NCBI GenBank assembly: GCA_965261975.1
Contig: CBDHEC010000025.1
Coordinates: 1 to 53,404, forward strand
Origin: Alphaproteobacteria bacterium
GTDB lineage: Bacteria > Pseudomonadota > Alphaproteobacteria > UBA6615
Length of the DNA: 53,404 nucleotides
Reading direction: 5' to 3'
This document shows, piece by piece, positions 30,305-40,679 of the stretch; position 1 is the first letter of the stretch, and every line of letters starts with the position of its first letter. The notes beneath the pieces are model-generated. The model was not told where the DNA came from. It worked only from the letters and a program-made list of their open reading frames with translations, and ran no database searches. Made by a program: the position numbers and the translations under genes.

Positions 30305-31600
30305 CTAGATGAGGCCGAACCCGTATAGCGCCACGAACAACACCGCCATGGCATACAGGACAGGGCTGGCTTCGCCCGCCCGGCCCGTCAGGAGTTTGCC
30401 GGCCGCATAGACGATAAAGCCGAACGCGATACCGTGGGCGATCGAGAAGGTGAACGGCATCACCACCGCGGCGAGAACCGCCGGGGCATACTCGGTGACG
30501 TCTTCCCAATCGATCTCCGTCAGACCACGGACCATGAGCACCGCCACGAAGATCAGGGCGGGAGCCGTCGCGAAGCGCGGCACCAGTCCGATGATCGGGG
30601 CCAGCAGCAGCGCCAGGATGAACAGCACGCCGACCGTGACCGCCGTCAGGCCGGTACGTCCGCCTTCGCGAACACCCGACGCGCTCTCGATATACGAGGT
30701 GACGGTCGAGCTGCCGACCATGGAGCCGGTGATGGTCGCGATACTATCGGCGGAAAGGGCGCGGCCCATGCGCGGGAGCTTGCCATCCTCGTCGAGCAGG
30801 CCTGCACGATGGGATACCCCGATCAGGGTGCCCGCCGTATCGAACATGTCGACAAACAGGAAGGCGATGATCACCGAGATCATGCCGACCTGGAACGCGC
30901 CGGCGATATCCAGCTGCAGGAAGGTCGGTGCGAGCGACGGGATGGAGAAGTCCATCGACGTGCCGCCGCCCAAGCCCACGATATGGGCCAGTATGGTCGT
31001 GCCGATGATGCCGAGCACGATGGCACCTGGAACGGCGAGCCGGTCCAGGACGATGATACCGATAAAGCCGATGGCAACCAGAACCACCTGCGGAGAGGCG
31101 ACCTCACCGAGGGTGATGAGCGTCACCGGGTGGTCAACGGTAATGCCGGCGATCTCCATCGCGATGACACCGATAAACAGGCCGATACCCGCTGAAATCG
31201 ACATTTTCAGCGACTTTGGTATCGAGTTAATTATCGCGGCCCTGATCGGCAGGATTGTGATGATCAGGAAGAACACACCCGATAGGAAGATCACGCCGAG
31301 CGCGGTCTGCCAGGGCACGCCCATGCCGCCGACAACGCCGAAGGCGAAGAAGGCGTTCAGGCCGAGCCCCGGTGCGAGTGCGATCGGGTAGTTGGCCCAC
31401 AGGCCCATGATCAGACAGCCAACGGCCGCAGCAACACATGTGGCGACGAACAGCGCGCCCTTGTCCATGCCCGCCGCGGACATGATGTCCGGATTGACGA
31501 TAATGATGTAGGCCATCGTCAGGAACGTCGTCAGGCCCGCCATCACCTCGATGCGGACTGTCGTTCCATTCTCCGACAGCTTGAATAGGTTTTCGAACAT
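30305..31600 (-). CDS. NCS2 family permease (AzgA-like adenine/guanine/hypoxanthine transporter)
   Basis: EVMAGLTTFLTMAYIIIVNP, APGLGLNAFF, DMFDTAGT, YIESASGVREGGRTGL, MPFTFSIAHG. ATG at 31600 is preceded by GGGAG. Confidence 0.93.
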   Translation of the reverse strand: MFENLFKLSENGTTVRIEVMAGLTTFLTMAYIIIVNPDIMSAAGMDKGALFVATCVAAAVGCLIMGLWANYPIALAPGLGLNAFFAFGVVGGMGVPWQTALGVIFLSGVFFLIITILPIRAAIINSIPKSLKMSISAGIGLFIGVIAMEIAGITVDHPVTLITLGEVASPQVVLVAIGFIGIIVLDRLAVPGAIVLGIIGTTILAHIVGLGGGTSMDFSIPSLAPTFLQLDIAGAFQVGMISVIIAFLFVDMFDTAGTLIGVSHRAGLLDEDGKLPRMGRALSADSIATITGSMVGSSTVTSYIESASGVREGGRTGLTAVTVGVLFILALLLAPIIGLVPRFATAPALIFVAVLMVRGLTEIDWEDVTEYAPAVLAAVVMPFTFSIAHGIAFGFIVYAAGKLLTGRAGEASPVLYAMAVLFVALYGFGLI

Positions 31601-31651
31601 TTGAGAAAGTCTCCCGTGGTTCCCCATGAAATATCGACGCGAGAGTGGAAG

Positions 31652-31670
31652 GTGCACAAAAACTGTGCAC
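31652..31670. promoter_or_regulatory. Inverted repeat matching the NtrC-type box TGCAC-N7-GTGCA
   Basis: GTGCACA-AAAAC-TGTGCAC in the divergent intergenic region about 50 nt upstream of the purine permease start. Confidence 0.55.
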
Positions 31671-31776
31671 ATGCCTTACGTAAAAACTGGCGATTCCCCT
31701 CTTGCTGGAAAAACGTTAGCCCGATTCCCGGATATTCGTTACCGCTTTGTTAAGAATGGTTCGCTACATGTGCACC

Positions 31777-32187
31777 ATGCGAAATACACCGTTATTCGTG
31801 GGTTTTGTTCTGATTTGCGCGGTTTCCGGGCCTGCGCAGGGGCAGACGATCGTGCAGATCACTGAATCCGACTGCAGCCAGCTGGTGACCCATGTGGCGG
31901 CTGGCGACGTCGCATACCGCCCGGGGGTCGATGTAAACGGCAATGCCGTCGCCCCGGCAGATTTGAACGCACAGCCCCAGATTTCCGTCCCGGACGTGAT
32001 TTCGATCCCCGTGACGATCGATCTGGCGACGAACCTCGGCATCAACACGCCGTTCCTGGCCCCCCCGACGGTGGGCGAGGTCCAGGTCACCCGTGACGGC
32101 CGCGTGAGCTTCAACGGCCAGCCGATCGGGGACGCCGCACAGCACGAGCTTGCCAAACGTTGTCAGCAGGTCGGCGTTACGAACTAG
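31777..32187 (+). CDS. Hypothetical exported protein
   Basis: Signal-peptide-like N-terminus (MRNTPLFVGFVLICAVSGPAQG), YRPGVDVNG...PADL motif, two mature Cys; followed by a terminator. Confidence 0.7.
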   Translation: MRNTPLFVGFVLICAVSGPAQGQTIVQITESDCSQLVTHVAAGDVAYRPGVDVNGNAVAPADLNAQPQISVPDVISIPVTIDLATNLGINTPFLAPPTVGEVQVTRDGRVSFNGQPIGDAAQHELAKRCQQVGVTN

Positions 32188-32190
32188 CCG

Positions 32191-32212
32191 ACCGGCACCC
32201 GCCGGTTTCTTT
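32191..32212 (+). terminator. Putative intrinsic terminator
   Basis: ACCGGC-ACCC-GCCGGT followed by TTCTTT. Confidence 0.55.
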
Positions 32213-32258
32213 CCCTACGGGCATGTCGTAAACCCCGGTCATACGAACCCGGAGGGGT

Positions 32259-33641
32259 GTGATGACGGATCCGAGTTTCGATCCCGATGCCACCGCGCGT
32301 CTCGATGCGCGGCTGAGCGCGGCATTGCAGGCACATGAGCGCCAGGGCCTGCGGCTCGCGGCGCATCTTCGGGGCGGCGCCAGTGTCGCGATATGCATCT
32401 GGCTTGTTATCCTGCTTGGCACGGCCGGTTGGTTTTATGTGCCGGTTATCGCGCTGTTCGTCGCGAGTGGGTATGGGCACTACCTGTTGGCGCGCCGCGG
32501 GTTTCGGAGCGACGCGCACGCTTTCGCTTTTTTCCTGTTCGACGTGGTGATCATCACCTTCGCGTTGCTGGCACCAAATCCGTTTCTGACCGGCTTCGAA
32601 CTCTGGCCGCCCCAGGCGTCGTTCCGCTTCGGCAGCTTCAATTACTATTATTTGCTGGTCTCGCTGTTCCTGCTCGGCAGTTACTCCGTCCGCGCCATGC
32701 TGTTTGCGGGGCTTGCCTGCATCATCGCCTGGGTGGGCGGCATTTTCTGGGTCGCGGTCTTTCCCGAGACCCTGTTCGCGATTCCCTCCTTCGAGGAACC
32801 GCTGCTGCGCCTGGAACGCTTTCTTGACCCGCACTTCGTCTCGCTCGACGTCCGCACGACCGAGATCCTGGTAATGATCCTGTCGACGTCGGTACTGGCG
32901 ACGGCGGTTTTGCGCAACCGGCGCCTGATCCGCCAGCAGGTGATGGCGGCGCGCGAACGCTCGAACCTCGCGCGCTACTTCCCGCCGAATATTGTCGATG
33001 AACTGGCCGGCTATGACGGCGCTTTGGAGACGGTACAGTCGCAGGAGGTCGGCATTCTTTTTGCCGATCTCGTGGGGTTCAGCCGGTTTGCCGAGATGGT
33101 TACCCCGGAAGAGCTGATCGAGATGCTGCGGGCCTTTCATCTTCGTATGGAGCGCGCTGTGTTCGAGCACGGCGGTACCCTGGACAAATTTCTCGGAGAT
33201 GGCGTGATGGCGACCTTCGGTACCCCGCGCACCGGCCCGCAGGACGCGGCCAACACGCTGCGGTGCGCGCGGGCCATGCTGGCGGCCGTCGATGAGTGGA
33301 ACACCCGGCGTGAAGCGGCAGGTTTCCCCGTCGTGCGGCTCTCCGTAGGGGCGCATTTTGGGCCCATCGTCATGGGCGATGTGGGCAGCGAGCGCCGGCT
33401 CGAGTTTGCGGTTGTCGGCGACACGGTGAATGTCGCCTCACGCCTCGAGGAGAGCACCCGAACGGTAGGCAGCCGCCTGATTGTCAGCGATGCCCTTATG
33501 GGGGCCGTTCAGGAGGCGAAACCCGATGACCTAGCCGAATTGCGCGCCGGTATCGCCCCGCATGGTGGCCTGAACCTGCGCGGGCGTGACGGCACCGTGG
33601 ATGTATGGATGCTTGGCGAAGGCGACGAATCAGACGAATGA
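32259..33641 (+). CDS. Membrane-anchored class III adenylate/guanylate cyclase
   Basis: Several N-terminal hydrophobic helices, NLARYFPP linker, ILFADLVGFS, LDKFLGDGVMA and GDTVNVASRLE. Confidence 0.92.
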   Translation: MMTDPSFDPDATARLDARLSAALQAHERQGLRLAAHLRGGASVAICIWLVILLGTAGWFYVPVIALFVASGYGHYLLARRGFRSDAHAFAFFLFDVVIITFALLAPNPFLTGFELWPPQASFRFGSFNYYYLLVSLFLLGSYSVRAMLFAGLACIIAWVGGIFWVAVFPETLFAIPSFEEPLLRLERFLDPHFVSLDVRTTEILVMILSTSVLATAVLRNRRLIRQQVMAARERSNLARYFPPNIVDELAGYDGALETVQSQEVGILFADLVGFSRFAEMVTPEELIEMLRAFHLRMERAVFEHGGTLDKFLGDGVMATFGTPRTGPQDAANTLRCARAMLAAVDEWNTRREAAGFPVVRLSVGAHFGPIVMGDVGSERRLEFAVVGDTVNVASRLEESTRTVGSRLIVSDALMGAVQEAKPDDLAELRAGIAPHGGLNLRGRDGTVDVWMLGEGDESDE

Positions 33642-33722
33642 ACATGGACAGGCGTGCGCGGATTTTCATACTCTCCCGCGCGCCTGGACCGACCAGTGCC
33701 AAGTCCCTGTTGGAGAACGTGA

Positions 33723-35048
33723 ATGCGGCGTACCCGTTTGTTTTTGCCGACCCTGAAGGAAACCCCCGCCGAGGCGCAGATCGTCTCGCATCGGCTGATG
33801 CTGCGCGCGGGCATGGTGCGCCAGTCCGCCGCCGGGATTTACACCTGGCTGCCATTGGGGCTGCGGGTGTTGCAGAAGATCGCGCAGATCGTACGAGAGG
33901 AACAGGATCGGGCAGGTGCCCAGGAGGTCCTGATGCCGACGATCCAGTCTGCCGAGTTATGGCGCGGATCCGGACGATACGAGGATTACGGCAAGGAAAT
34001 GCTGCGCATCACCGACCGCCATGACCGTGAATTGCTCTATGGGCCGACGGCGGAAGAGGTGATCACTGACATCGTGGCCAACGAGATCACGAGTTATCGC
34101 GACCTGCCGAAGAATCTCTACAACATTCAGTGGAAATTCCGCGACGAGGTGCGTCCCCGGTTCGGTGTGATGCGCGGGCGGGAATTCCTGATGAAGGACA
34201 ATTACTCCTTCGATCTGGACAAGGAAGGCGCGGTTCATTCCTACAACAAGATGTTCCTCGCCTATCTGCGCACCTATGCGCGTATGGGGCTTAAGGCGAT
34301 ACCGATGGCGGCGGATACGGGCCCGATCGGCGGAGACCTGAGTCACGAGTTCATCGTTCTGGCCGAAACCGGCGAGAGTGCCGTGTTCTGCGATAAGGCG
34401 CTTCTCGATCTCGATACGCCGGGTGACGACCTGGATTACGATTCCGATCTGCAGCCGCAGGTGGACGCGTGGACGGCGCATTATGCGGCGACGGATGAGA
34501 TGCACGATCCCGACAAGTGCGAAGTCGACGAGGATCAGCTGGTCACGGCGCGCGGGATCGAGGTCGGGCACATATTCTACTTCGGGACCAAATACTCCGA
34601 GCCGCTGGGCGCCAAGGTGCAGGGAACGGACGGCCAGCAGATCACGCTCGAGATGGGCAGCTATGGTATCGGCGTGTCGCGGCTGGTCGGGGCGATCATC
34701 GAGGCATCCCACGACGATAACGGCATCATCTGGCCGGAATCCGTGGCCCCATGGCGAGTAGGCCTGATCAACCTCAAGGTCGGCGATGCGGATTGTGATG
34801 CCATGTGCGAGCGCATTTATGCCGAACTGGGCGCGGCCGGTGTCGAGGCGCTCTATGATGACCGCGACGAGCGCGCCGGCGGCAAGTTCGCCGATATGGA
34901 CCTCGTTGGCGTGCCCTGGCATCTCACGGTCGGCCCGCGCGGGCTCAAGGACGGCAAGATCGAGGTCAAGCGACGTGCGGATGGTGAGAAATCAGAGATT
35001 TCGGTCGATGGGCTCGCCGACTGGATCGCGGCCCGGGCGGCATCATAG
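33723..35048 (+). CDS. proS: Proline--tRNA ligase (short type lacking the INS editing domain)
   Basis: [50 protein letters not shown]; 441 aa. Confidence 0.97.
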   Translation: MRRTRLFLPTLKETPAEAQIVSHRLMLRAGMVRQSAAGIYTWLPLGLRVLQKIAQIVREEQDRAGAQEVLMPTIQSAELWRGSGRYEDYGKEMLRITDRHDRELLYGPTAEEVITDIVANEITSYRDLPKNLYNIQWKFRDEVRPRFGVMRGREFLMKDNYSFDLDKEGAVHSYNKMFLAYLRTYARMGLKAIPMAADTGPIGGDLSHEFIVLAETGESAVFCDKALLDLDTPGDDLDYDSDLQPQVDAWTAHYAATDEMHDPDKCEVDEDQLVTARGIEVGHIFYFGTKYSEPLGAKVQGTDGQQITLEMGSYGIGVSRLVGAIIEASHDDNGIIWPESVAPWRVGLINLKVGDADCDAMCERIYAELGAAGVEALYDDRDERAGGKFADMDLVGVPWHLTVGPRGLKDGKIEVKRRADGEKSEISVDGLADWIAARAAS

Positions 35049-35123
35049 GGTGGTTGCCATCGAACGTCAGTCTTGTCGCTCCATCGACATGCAATCCGAT
35101 TCCCTTAACAGGCTGTAAGCGCG

Positions 35124-36368
35124 ATGTTTTCTCCTGTCGAATGGATGATCGCCCTGCGCTATATGCGGGCCCGCCGGGCCGAGGGGTTCATCTCGGTCAT
35201 CGCCGGTTTTTCGCTGATGGGCATCGCGCTTGGCGTGGCGACACTGATCATCGTGTTGTCGGTGATGAACGGATTTCGCGGCGAACTGCTGGACCGCATC
35301 CTGGGCCTCAACGGTCACATTGCCGTCGTCAGCACGTCGGGGACGCTGACCGACTATGACCCGCTCGCCGAACGGGTGCGCATGGTTGATGGTGTTCACT
35401 CGGTCACGCCGCTGGTCGAAGGCCAGATTCTCGCGACCAATGGCGGTCGCTCGGCAGGCGCGCTGGTGCGTGGCCTGACGCCGGAGGCGCTGGCCGCCCG
35501 GCCGTCGATTGCAGGCAACATTCGTTTGGGCTCGCTCAGCCAGTTCGGTGCCGGCGACGGGGTGGTGATGGGCTCGCGCCTTGCCCGCACACTGGGTGTC
35601 CGTGCCGGCGACAAGGTCACGCTCGTCTCGCCGCGCGGTACCGTAACGGCATTTGGCACGGTCCCGCGCATGCAGGCCTATCGGGTGGCGGCGACCTTCG
35701 AAGTCGGCATGTTCGAGTTCGACAGCACGTTCATATTCATGCCACTTGAGGCCGCGCAGCAATATTTCCGGCTCGGCGACACGGTCAACCAGCTGGAAGT
35801 CTTCGTCGACGACCCGGATGCATTTCAGCAGCAGCGTTTCGATATCGCCAGGGTCGTTGGACCCGGTCATCGCTTGTTCGACTGGCAACAGGCCAACAGC
35901 AGCTTTTTCAATGCCTTGCAGGTCGAACGCAACGTCATGTTCCTGATCCTGACGCTGATCATCCTGGTGGCGGCATTCAACATTATCTCCAGCCTGATCA
36001 TGCTTGTGAAAGACAAGGGCGCGGCGATTGCAATCCTGCGCACCGTGGGGGCGTCGCGGGGCATGGTGATGCGGGTATTCTTCATCGTCGGCACCAGCAT
36101 CGGCGTTGTCGGTACGGTCGCCGGCGCCATTCTGGGGCTGGTCTTCTCGGAGAATATCGAGGTGATCCGGCGCTGGCTGGAGACCCTGACCGGCACCGAG
36201 CTGTTTGCCGCGGAAATCTACTTCCTGAGCCAGCTCCCCGCGGAGGTCGATCCGGGCGAGGTCATGATGGTGATCTGCATGGCACTCGGCCTGTCGATCC
36301 TGGCAACGTTGTATCCCAGCTGGCGGGCATCGCGGCTCGATCCGGTGGAGGCGTTGCGCAATGAGTGA
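35124..36368 (+). CDS. lolE: Lipoprotein-releasing ABC transporter permease (LolC/E family)
   Basis: [61 protein letters not shown]. Confidence 0.92.
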   Translation: MFSPVEWMIALRYMRARRAEGFISVIAGFSLMGIALGVATLIIVLSVMNGFRGELLDRILGLNGHIAVVSTSGTLTDYDPLAERVRMVDGVHSVTPLVEGQILATNGGRSAGALVRGLTPEALAARPSIAGNIRLGSLSQFGAGDGVVMGSRLARTLGVRAGDKVTLVSPRGTVTAFGTVPRMQAYRVAATFEVGMFEFDSTFIFMPLEAAQQYFRLGDTVNQLEVFVDDPDAFQQQRFDIARVVGPGHRLFDWQQANSSFFNALQVERNVMFLILTLIILVAAFNIISSLIMLVKDKGAAIAILRTVGASRGMVMRVFFIVGTSIGVVGTVAGAILGLVFSENIEVIRRWLETLTGTELFAAEIYFLSQLPAEVDPGEVMMVICMALGLSILATLYPSWRASRLDPVEALRNE

Positions 36369-37041
36369 CGCGGCGCTGGAATTACGCGGTGTCGGCCGCA
36401 CCTTTCATCAGGGCGGGCGGGATATCGAGGTCCTGCGCGATGTCCAGATGTCGCTGGTTCCTGGTGAAATCGTGGCCCTTGTGGGGCCGTCGGGGGCCGG
36501 CAAATCGACCCTTCTGCACATCGCCGGCCTGCTGGAGCGCCCAGACACCGGTGAGGTGATCGTCGGCGATGAGGCCTGTTCGGCCCTGCCGGAGGCAGAC
36601 CGCACCCGGCTGCGGCGCGGCACGCTGGGTTTCGTCTACCAATTCCATCATCTGCTGCCGGAATTCTCTGCTCAGGAGAACATCATGCTGCCCCAGATGA
36701 TCGCGGGTACCAGCCGCGCGGAGGCACGCTCGCGCGCCGGTGAGCTTCTGGAGATGATGGGGCTTGCGGATCGCGCCACCCACCGCCCGGGACAACTCAG
36801 CGGCGGTGAGCAGCAGCGCATCGCGATCGCGCGCAGCGTGGCCAATGCGCCGGCAGTCCTGCTGGCCGACGAACCGACGGGGAACCTCGACCCTGAAACC
36901 GCCGCCGGCGTGTTTGACCAGATGCTCAAACTGGTGCGCGGCGCCCAGTTGGCCGCGCTTATTGCGACCCATAACCTGGATCTGGCGGCCAAGATGGATC
37001 GCACACTCCAACTGCGCGACGGGCGGGTCGAACCGGCCTGA
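36361..37041 (+). CDS. lolD: Lipoprotein-releasing ABC transporter ATP-binding protein
   Basis: [22 protein letters not shown] (LolD motif), [17 protein letters not shown]. Confidence 0.94.
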   Translation: MSDAALELRGVGRTFHQGGRDIEVLRDVQMSLVPGEIVALVGPSGAGKSTLLHIAGLLERPDTGEVIVGDEACSALPEADRTRLRRGTLGFVYQFHHLLPEFSAQENIMLPQMIAGTSRAEARSRAGELLEMMGLADRATHRPGQLSGGEQQRIAIARSVANAPAVLLADEPTGNLDPETAAGVFDQMLKLVRGAQLAALIATHNLDLAAKMDRTLQLRDGRVEPA

Positions 37042-37109
37042 CTTGTCCCCGGATTGCACGTGATTGGAGGGGCTCTCCGGCCCTCGAATCGGGCTAGTGT
37101 CTTCGGGCT

Positions 37110-40100
37110 ATGACACATGCCGATTTCGTCCATCTCCGCGTCCATTCCGCCTATTCCCTGGCCGAGGGTGCGCTGCGCGTGCCGCAACTCGTCGAGTTGT
37201 GCCGCGAGCGCGAGATGCCGGCGGTGGCGATCACGGATACGGGCAATCTGTTCGGGGCTTTGGAATTTTCCATGGCCGCGGCGAAGGCCGGTATTCAGCC
37301 GATCGTCGGCTGCCAGTTTGCGCTCGCATCAGCGACCGACGAGGCCCGCGGCGGCTTTCGTGGTGGGACCCGCGCACCGGCCGACGACCAGATCGTGCTT
37401 CTGGCGCAGTCCGAAGCGGGCTACGGCAACCTCCTGCGGATTGTCAGCCGGTCCTATGTCGAAATGGCCGATGACCGGCATCCGGTGATCACGCTGGACG
37501 AGCTGGAGGGGGCAACCGAGGGGCTGATTGCGCTGACAGGCGGCGTGGCGGGCCTCGTGGGGCGCCTGATCGCGGGAGGCCAGATGGAAGCCGCCGATGC
37601 GGCGGTCGTGCAGCTGAAATCGCTGTTTCCCGGCCGCCTGTATATGGAACTGCAGCGTCACGGCCTTGAGATCGAGGATCGGCTGGAGCCGGCCTTTATC
37701 GACCTGGCCTATGAACATGATATTCCGCTGCTCGCGACCAATGAGGCCTTCTTTGCGGACGAGGACATGTACGAGGCCCATGACGCGCTGTTGTGCATCT
37801 CCCAGAGCGCCTATGTCTCCCAGTCCGAGCGACGTCGGGTCACGTCGGAACACCGCTTCAAGTCGGCGGCCGAAATGCGTGCCTTGTTCGCCGATTTGCC
37901 CGAAGCCATCGAAAACACCCTCGTGGTGGCGCGGCGCTGTGCGTTCATGCCGACCGAAACCGCGCCAATGCTGCCGCCTTATCCGACCGAAGGCGGGCGC
38001 ACCGAAGAGCAAGAGTTGCGGAGCGAGGCGGAGGCAGGCCTCGAAGCGCGGCTGGTCGCCCACGTCTACACCGAAGACATGGACGAGGCCGCCCGGGAAG
38101 CAGCGGCCGGTCCTTACAGGGAACGGTTGAAGTTTGAGCTCGAAACCATTGTTAATATGGGATATCCGGGATATTTCCTGATCGTTTCGGATTTCATCAA
38201 ATGGTCCAAGGCGAACGGCGTGGCAGTGGGCCCGGGCCGCGGTTCGGGCGCCGGGTCGGCAGTGGCCTGGGCGTTGACGATCACCGATCTCGACCCGTTG
38301 CGGTTCGGCTTGTTCTTCGAGCGTTTCCTGAACCCCGAACGCGTGTCGATGCCTGACTTCGACATCGATTTCTGCCAGGAGAGGCGCGACGAGGTCATCC
38401 ACTACGTGCAGCAGAAGTTCGGCCATGACCGGGTGGCCCAGATCATCACCTTCGGCAAGCTGCAGGCGCGCGCGGTGGTGCGTGATGTCGGCCGTGTTCT
38501 GGAGATGCCCTACGGTCAGGTAGACCGGATCGCCAAGATGGTGCCGAACAACCCGGCCAACCCGATGACCCTGCAGGAGGCCATCGACAGCGAGGAAGCG
38601 CTGCAGAATATGCGCGGCGAGGATGAGGCGGTGGCGCATCTGCTCGATCTCGCGCTCAAGCTCGAGGGGCTCTACCGCAACTCCTCGACCCACGCCGCCG
38701 GCGTTGTGATCGGCGACCGGCCGCTATCGGACATTATTCCGCTGTTCCGCGACCCCCGCGCGGCGACATTGTCGACCCAGTTCAGCATGAAATATGTCGA
38801 GGCGGCGGGCCTTGTGAAGTTCGACTTCCTGGGCCTGAAAACCCTCGACGTGCTGCAGAAGGCCGTCGAATTGCTGGCCGACCGGGACATCGAGCTCGAG
38901 CTCGAGACCTTGCCGCTGGATGACGAGCGCACGTTCAAGATGCTGGCGCGCGGCGACACGACGGGCGTGTTCCAGTGTGAATCCTCCGGCGTGCGGGATG
39001 TGCTCCGCAAGCTGGGCCCCGACCGGTTCGAAGACATCATCGCCGTTGTCGCGCTCTACCGGCCCGGCCCGATGGACAACATTCCCAGCTACATCTCGCG
39101 AAAGCACGGCAATGAAGAGGTCGATTATCTGCATGACGACCTGGAGAGTTGCCTGAAAGAGACCTACGGCATCCCGATCTATCAGGAGCAGGTGATGCAG
39201 ATGGCCCAGGAACTGGCGGGTTATACGCTGGGTGGTGCCGACCTGCTGCGCCGCGCCATGGGCAAGAAGATTCAGGCCGAGATGGATGCCCAGCAGGAGA
39301 CCTTCGTCGCCGGGGCGAAGGAACGTGGGGTCGATGAGGCTACGTCTACTCGCATTTTCGAGACCATCGCCAAGTTCGCCGGCTACGGCTTCAACAAGGC
39401 CCATGCCGCGGCCTACGCCCTGATCGCCTACCAGACGGCTTACTTGAAGGCCAACTACCCGGTCGAGTTCTTCGCGGCTTCGATGACCCTGGACATGGGC
39501 AACACCGACAAGCTGGCGATCTACAAGCAGGAACTGGCGAAGCATCGCATTGATCTGCTGCCGCCGGATGTGAACCGCTCGGGCGTCGATTTCACCGTCG
39601 CGCATATCAATGCCGATGCACCGGCCCCGGAAGAGGCAGCGAAAAAGACGGCCGAAGACGAAGATACGGAGATCGCCCCGATCGGCGGCATTCACTATGC
39701 CCTTTCCGCCATCAAGGGGGTGGGGCGCGGCGCGATGGCCGATCTGGTGCAGGAGCGGGACGCAAACGGCGTCTTCGATAGCCCTTACGAGGTGGTGAGC
39801 CGGCTCGACGCCCATGTCATGAACCGCCGCCAGCTCGAACAGCTGGTCCAGGCAGGTGCCTTCGACAGCCTGGATGGCAACCGCGCACGGACGTTCGATT
39901 CCATTGACCAGATCCTCGGGCACGCCCAGGCCATTCAGCGCGAGCGCGAAAGCGGGCAGTTCAGCCTGCTGGGCGACGTCGGCGAGGAGGGCGGCCTGCC
40001 CGCACCCGTGCCGACGGACCGTGCGGACTGGCCTCAGGCCGACAGGTTGCAGCGCGAGCTCGACGCGGTCGGGTTCTACATGTCGGCCCATCCGCTGGAC

Positions 40101-40679
40101 GATTACGGGACGTTGCTGGACAGGCTGGGCGTGGTCGGCAGTGCGGAGCTCGAACAGACCATCGAGCGCCAGGGTGGTGCAGCCAATGTTGTGCTTGCAG
40201 GCTCGGTGATCGCGGTACAGCAGCGCACCTCCCAGCGGGGCAGCCGATATGCGTTTGTGCAGCTTTCAGACGCTGCCGGCACGTTCGAGATCACCATGTT
40301 CGAGGAAGTTCTCAACGCGTCGCGCGAGATCCTGGAAAGCGGCAAGCCCGTGCTGGTGCAGACGGCGGCCCGCTTCGAGGAAGGCCAGCTTCGCCTGACC
40401 GGCCAGAGTGTACGCGAACTCGAGACGGCGGCGGCGAATGCGCCGGTGGCGATCAAGATCTGGGTGGAGGGTAGCGAGCCGATCGGATCCTTGAAGTCCC
40501 TGATCGACCGCGAGGCACGCCCGGGCGAGGGCAAGCGCGGCAATGGACGTATCCGCATCGTCATTCCCGATGGGGAGCAGGATGTGATCGTGCGTCTCGA
40601 TGGCGGCTACCTGTGCACGCCGGAGCTGAACCGGGCCATGCGCGCTATTCCCGGCGTCGTGGATGTGCGGGAAATCTGA
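37110..40679 (+). CDS. dnaE: DNA polymerase III subunit alpha
   Basis: PHP domain FVHLRVHSAYS, GPGRGSGAGS, FERFLNPERVSMPDFDIDF, STHAAG, KFDFLGL, GYGFNKAHA, C-terminal OB fold. Confidence 0.98.
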   Translation: MTHADFVHLRVHSAYSLAEGALRVPQLVELCREREMPAVAITDTGNLFGALEFSMAAAKAGIQPIVGCQFALASATDEARGGFRGGTRAPADDQIVLLAQSEAGYGNLLRIVSRSYVEMADDRHPVITLDELEGATEGLIALTGGVAGLVGRLIAGGQMEAADAAVVQLKSLFPGRLYMELQRHGLEIEDRLEPAFIDLAYEHDIPLLATNEAFFADEDMYEAHDALLCISQSAYVSQSERRRVTSEHRFKSAAEMRALFADLPEAIENTLVVARRCAFMPTETAPMLPPYPTEGGRTEEQELRSEAEAGLEARLVAHVYTEDMDEAAREAAAGPYRERLKFELETIVNMGYPGYFLIVSDFIKWSKANGVAVGPGRGSGAGSAVAWALTITDLDPLRFGLFFERFLNPERVSMPDFDIDFCQERRDEVIHYVQQKFGHDRVAQIITFGKLQARAVVRDVGRVLEMPYGQVDRIAKMVPNNPANPMTLQEAIDSEEALQNMRGEDEAVAHLLDLALKLEGLYRNSSTHAAGVVIGDRPLSDIIPLFRDPRAATLSTQFSMKYVEAAGLVKFDFLGLKTLDVLQKAVELLADRDIELELETLPLDDERTFKMLARGDTTGVFQCESSGVRDVLRKLGPDRFEDIIAVVALYRPGPMDNIPSYISRKHGNEEVDYLHDDLESCLKETYGIPIYQEQVMQMAQELAGYTLGGADLLRRAMGKKIQAEMDAQQETFVAGAKERGVDEATSTRIFETIAKFAGYGFNKAHAAAYALIAYQTAYLKANYPVEFFAASMTLDMGNTDKLAIYKQELAKHRIDLLPPDVNRSGVDFTVAHINADAPAPEEAAKKTAEDEDTEIAPIGGIHYALSAIKGVGRGAMADLVQERDANGVFDSPYEVVSRLDAHVMNRRQLEQLVQAGAFDSLDGNRARTFDSIDQILGHAQAIQRERESGQFSLLGDVGEEGGLPAPVPTDRADWPQADRLQRELDAVGFYMSAHPLDDYGTLLDRLGVVGSAELEQTIERQGGAANVVLAGSVIAVQQRTSQRGSRYAFVQLSDAAGTFEITMFEEVLNASREILESGKPVLVQTAARFEEGQLRLTGQSVRELETAAANAPVAIKIWVEGSEPIGSLKSLIDREARPGEGKRGNGRIRIVIPDGEQDVIVRLDGGYLCTPELNRAMRAIPGVVDVREI

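Noticed and set aside
31601-31776. Purine riboswitch or sigma54 promoter upstream of the NCS2 permease
   Set aside because: No purine-aptamer core sequences are visible, and the TGGC...TTGC candidate (31688-31706) has 13 nt rather than 10 nt between GG and GC.
33723-35048. ProRS lacking the cis-editing domain
   Set aside because: This is a known, common state in Alphaproteobacteria, where editing is supplied in trans. Not novel.
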